Assembly: GCF_004765795.1 (NCBI RefSeq)
Contig: NZ_SBIV01000010.1
Coordinates: forward strand, 62,001-103,246
DNA from: Halorussus marinus
GTDB taxonomy: Archaea; Halobacteriota; Halobacteria; Halobacteriales; Haladaptataceae
Direction of reading: 5' to 3'
DNA: 41,246 nt
Part shown: positions 38,464 through 41,246 of the stretch, in pieces
How the letters are laid out: each line of letters starts with the position of its first letter
Position numbering within the stretch: the first letter of the stretch is position 1
Position numbers and translations under genes: made by a program
The notes under the pieces: generated by a model
What the model was told of the DNA's origin: nothing
Database searches by the model: none
Seen by the model: only the letters and a program-made list of their open reading frames with translations

Positions 38464-39519
38464 TCAGTCGAGATCCGCGCCTACGGCGTCCTCGACGTTA
38501 TCGAAGCCGTCGCGGTCCAGCAGTTCGAGGAGCCCCTCGTTGATGTCGCGCGCGATGGACGGGCCCCGGTAAACCAGTCCGGTATAGAGTTGAATCACAC
38601 GCGCGCCCGCGCGGATCTTCCGGTAGGCGTCCTCGGCGGTGAACACTCCGCCGACGCCGACGACCGGGACGTCCGTACGGTCGGCGACGAACCGGACCAT
38701 CTCGGTGGCCCGGCCCTCGATCGGCTTCCCCGAGAGCCCGCCCGTCTCGGCGCGGTTGTGGCTTCGGAGCCCCTCCGGTCGGTCTGTCGTCGTGTTTGTC
38801 GCGATAACGCCGTCGAGGCCGAGTTCGTTCACGAGGTCGAGGGCGTCCTCGACCGCGGGATCCGGGAGGTCGGGAGAGAGTTTGACCAGCAGGGGGCTCG
38901 CGCCCGCGTCGAGGAGTTCGCCGAGGATAGCCGCCATCGATTCGCGGTTCTGTAGCTCACGAAAGCCCTCGGAGTTGGGACACGAGACGTTGACGACGAA
39001 AAAGTCCCCGCCGTCGGCGACCGCCTCGTACGTTCGTCGGTAGTCTGCGGGCGCCGCCGCGGCGTCGACGTGCTCGGTCTTGGCGAGGTTGACGCCCACG
39101 GGGACGGGCGCGTCGGTCGCCGCGAGGCGGCCGCCGACCGCCTCTGCGCCTCGATTGTTCAGTCCCATTCGGTTGACGATGGCCTCGTCCTCGCGCAGAC
39201 GAAACATCCGCGGACGAGGGTTGCCGTCTTGGGGCTCGGCGGTGACTCCGCCGACTTCGACGTGTCCGAAGCCGAGGGTTCCCAGCACCGAGGGCACCTG
39301 CGCGTTCTTGTCGAACCCGGCCGCGACCCCGACCGGGTTGGCGAACTCCTGACCGAACGCCGAGACGCGGAGGCGGTCGTCTTCGACCCGATAGCGAGTC
39401 GCGAGCGCGTCCGCGAGCGGCGTCCCCTGTGTGGCTTCGAGCCCGCGATGGACGAGCCCGTGTGCGGTTTCGGGCGGAAGGGAGAAAAGAAGCGGCTTCA
39501 CGGCGTCGTAAGCGTTCAT
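38464..39519 (-). CDS. pyrD: Quinone-dependent dihydroorotate dehydrogenase (class 2)
   Basis: NPVGVAAGFDKN, QDGNPRPRMFRL, VNVSCPN, VKLSPD, TNTT, GGLSGKP. Confidence 0.95.
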   Translation of the reverse strand: MNAYDAVKPLLFSLPPETAHGLVHRGLEATQGTPLADALATRYRVEDDRLRVSAFGQEFANPVGVAAGFDKNAQVPSVLGTLGFGHVEVGGVTAEPQDGNPRPRMFRLREDEAIVNRMGLNNRGAEAVGGRLAATDAPVPVGVNLAKTEHVDAAAAPADYRRTYEAVADGGDFFVVNVSCPNSEGFRELQNRESMAAILGELLDAGASPLLVKLSPDLPDPAVEDALDLVNELGLDGVIATNTTTDRPEGLRSHNRAETGGLSGKPIEGRATEMVRFVADRTDVPVVGVGGVFTAEDAYRKIRAGARVIQLYTGLVYRGPSIARDINEGLLELLDRDGFDNVEDAVGADLD

Positions 39520-39564
39520 CGTCCGTCTACCCCGTCCGGAGCGGTAAAAATCCCCCGCTCGGCT

Positions 39565-39762
39565 TCAGAACTCGTGTTCGACCTCGTCTTTGTTGGCCTT
39601 CTGGATGATGATCTTGTCCTCGCGGACGCGAACGAACACCTCGTCACCGATGTCCATCCCGGCGACGGCCAGCTCGTCTTCGTGGAGATTGATGTGGACG
39701 TTGTGGTACTCGCCGTCCTCGCCTTTCGCCCCGCTCGGGCTGAGCTTCTTTTTCCGTACCAT
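39565..39762 (-). CDS. Small AbrB/SpoVT-like protein
   Basis: 65 aa with a swapped-hairpin-like pattern INLHEDELAVAGMDIGDEVFVRVREDKIIIQK. Confidence 0.75.
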   Translation of the reverse strand: MVRKKKLSPSGAKGEDGEYHNVHINLHEDELAVAGMDIGDEVFVRVREDKIIIQKANKDEVEHEF

Positions 39763-40015
39763 CGCGGTATCCTACCAGTTGGTTCGCCACAGAATGTACT
39801 TAAGTGTTTTCGACCGACCCATCTCGACGGGCCGCTTCGAGTTCGACCACTCGGACTGCTTATCGTTTCGGGGCGAAATCGCACAGACTGCGCGGTTCGG
39901 CCGAAAAAACACCCGACGGCGCCACCGTCGTATTTAATAGTTTCGCCGCGAACGACTCATATCGGCGATATATTTATAATGGGTCCTGTGCTGGGTTGGC
40001 ATGGAGGAGAAAACC

Positions 40016-40321
40016 ATGGTACGTGAAGATGGTAAGCGAAATTTCGCGCTGCGTGAGTCGGGCGACGAGTCGAGCGTGTTCTCCGGGAACACCCCCCGAC
40101 AGGCGGCTCTCAAGGCGGCTCGCCGACTCGAACCGGCGCCGTCGGAGGACGACGCCGACCAGACGGAGATCCGTCTCCGCGAGAAAGGCACCGACAAAGT
40201 ACACATCTACGAGGGCTGGGCGTGGCACGAACAGGCCCCCGACGACAAGCCCGACTGGATGCCCGACGAAATCACCGAGGCTAACGTCTCGAAGCAGGGT
40301 ATCGAACACCTCGATGAGTAA
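40016..40321 (+). CDS. Non-histone chromosomal protein MC1
   Basis: KRNFALR…FSGNTPRQAALKAA…IRLREKGTDKVHIYEGW…PDWMP. An in-frame upstream ATG at 40001 is an alternative leaderless start. Confidence 0.93.
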   Translation: MVREDGKRNFALRESGDESSVFSGNTPRQAALKAARRLEPAPSEDDADQTEIRLREKGTDKVHIYEGWAWHEQAPDDKPDWMPDEITEANVSKQGIEHLDE

Positions 40322-40594
40322 GCCGGCGGGCAGCGACTCCGTATTTGTTTTCGCCGCGCAGTAGTGAACGCCCCGACGTCCCCCGAACGCGCACGAGATG
40401 CGAGCCGTTATAGCGCTGGTGGCGTTAGTGGGACACGCGCGGGCAACACACGCCGTGACGACGCGCACGACGCGCCGGACGATCGGTCGTTCTCCTCCCG
40501 CGCCACAGCTTTCGCCCTCGCTCAGCCGTCGCTCTACCATCGGCGCGCTATCTCTCGCACTGGCATGCCACGGTACTGCACCCCGAAGAAGTTC

Positions 40595-41015
40595 GGGTTC
40601 GACGGCCTTAAGTGTAACCCGGCATTCGTTAGGAATGCGAACGAGGTCCCGCGGTTTGGGCCTCCGGAACTCGGCGAGAACCGGCGCCTTTTTGAGGCGC
40701 CTCGGCCGACTTCCGCAAGACAACCGATCCAATGCCCTTAAGTGTAGTGGGCTACTCGGATAGAACGTCGACGGCGTCCCTCGATTCGGGACGGCCGAGG
40801 CGAGCTCGATCCGACGCCCTTAAGTGATACTGGGGCATTTGGATTGAATGTGCACGAGCCTTCGGGGGTCTTCCCGCCGAAGGCCGGCCCGGTTCGACGC
40901 CCTTAAATGAATAGGGCGGTTCGAATCGTAATGCAGCAAACGACACGACGTGATTCGGGACGCGTTCAACTCGCGTCGCGATCTCGGACCGAACCCGCTT
41001 CGATGGGTTTAAGAC
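40595..41015 (+). promoter_or_regulatory. Tandem rRNA operon promoters (five TATA units)
   Basis: Repeated (TT/TC)CGA/AnGnCCTTAAGTG-like units with TATA at about 40608, 40738, 40820, 40903 and 41008. Confidence 0.85.
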
Positions 41016-41034
41016 CGATCGAAGCAAACGTTCA

Positions 41035-41215
41035 GGTCCGAAGGAAATGAGGATTCCACCCCTGCGGTCCGCCGTACACGATGGGATCTGATGTTAGCCC
41101 TGGTAGTTCGGTGACACCCGACCAACGATTTGGTTTGGCGTCGTCGAACTGACGGACATTTAGCATTCAGTTGCTTCCGCCAGAGACCCACCGAACCCTT
41201 CGTGGTTCGGCAACC
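41035..41215 (+). other. rRNA 5' external transcribed spacer (processing stem region)
   Basis: Haloarchaeal-type leader CGAAGGAAATGAGGATTCCACCCCTGCGGTCCGCCG…GATCTGATGTTAGCCCT, and a hairpin CCGAACC…GGTTCGG just before the 16S. Confidence 0.75.
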
Positions 41216-41246
41216 ATTCCGGTTGATCCTGCCGGAGGCCATTGCT
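41216..41246 (+). rRNA. rrs: 16S rRNA, 5' end (truncated by the window)
   Basis: ATTCCGGTTGATCCTGCCGGAGGCCATTGCT is the archaeal 16S 5' terminus. Confidence 0.97.

Noticed and set aside
40364..41242. ORFs in the rRNA upstream region
   Set aside because: They overlap the rrn promoters and ETS and have no protein-like features.

Overview
GC-rich haloarchaeal (class Halobacteria) core-chromosome window centred on the primary replication origin. Left to right: glyS (partial) with a CBS protein, a dpp peptide ABC transporter, DNA polymerase D large subunit (DP2) carrying a 494-aa LAGLIDADG intein that ends in Gln, purO, tRNA-Gln(CTG), cgi121/hel308, ferredoxin, a MATE transporter, oapCBA-oriC1-orc1/cdc6, sec11, PolD small subunit (DP1), a KaiC-like protein, aspartate kinase, pheS-pheT, pyrD, MC1, and the multi-promoter leader plus first bases of a 16S rRNA gene. 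No CRISPR, transposase or prophage was seen. The most interesting signals are non-genic or very short. (1) Candidate amino-acid-sensing leader peptides sit at leaderless promoter spacing: Phe-rich (…FDFFFAA) before pheST and Thr-rich (MFTTRT…) overlapping the aspartate kinase start. Two more leaderless uORFs are GTGA-coupled to dppB and hel308. (2) ORB-like initiator boxes are scattered over about 14 kb around the origin. (3) A modular REP-like repeat occurs twice. (4) Several small proteins are missing from the ORF track. All calls come from reading the sequence by eye; no searches or folding programs were run.
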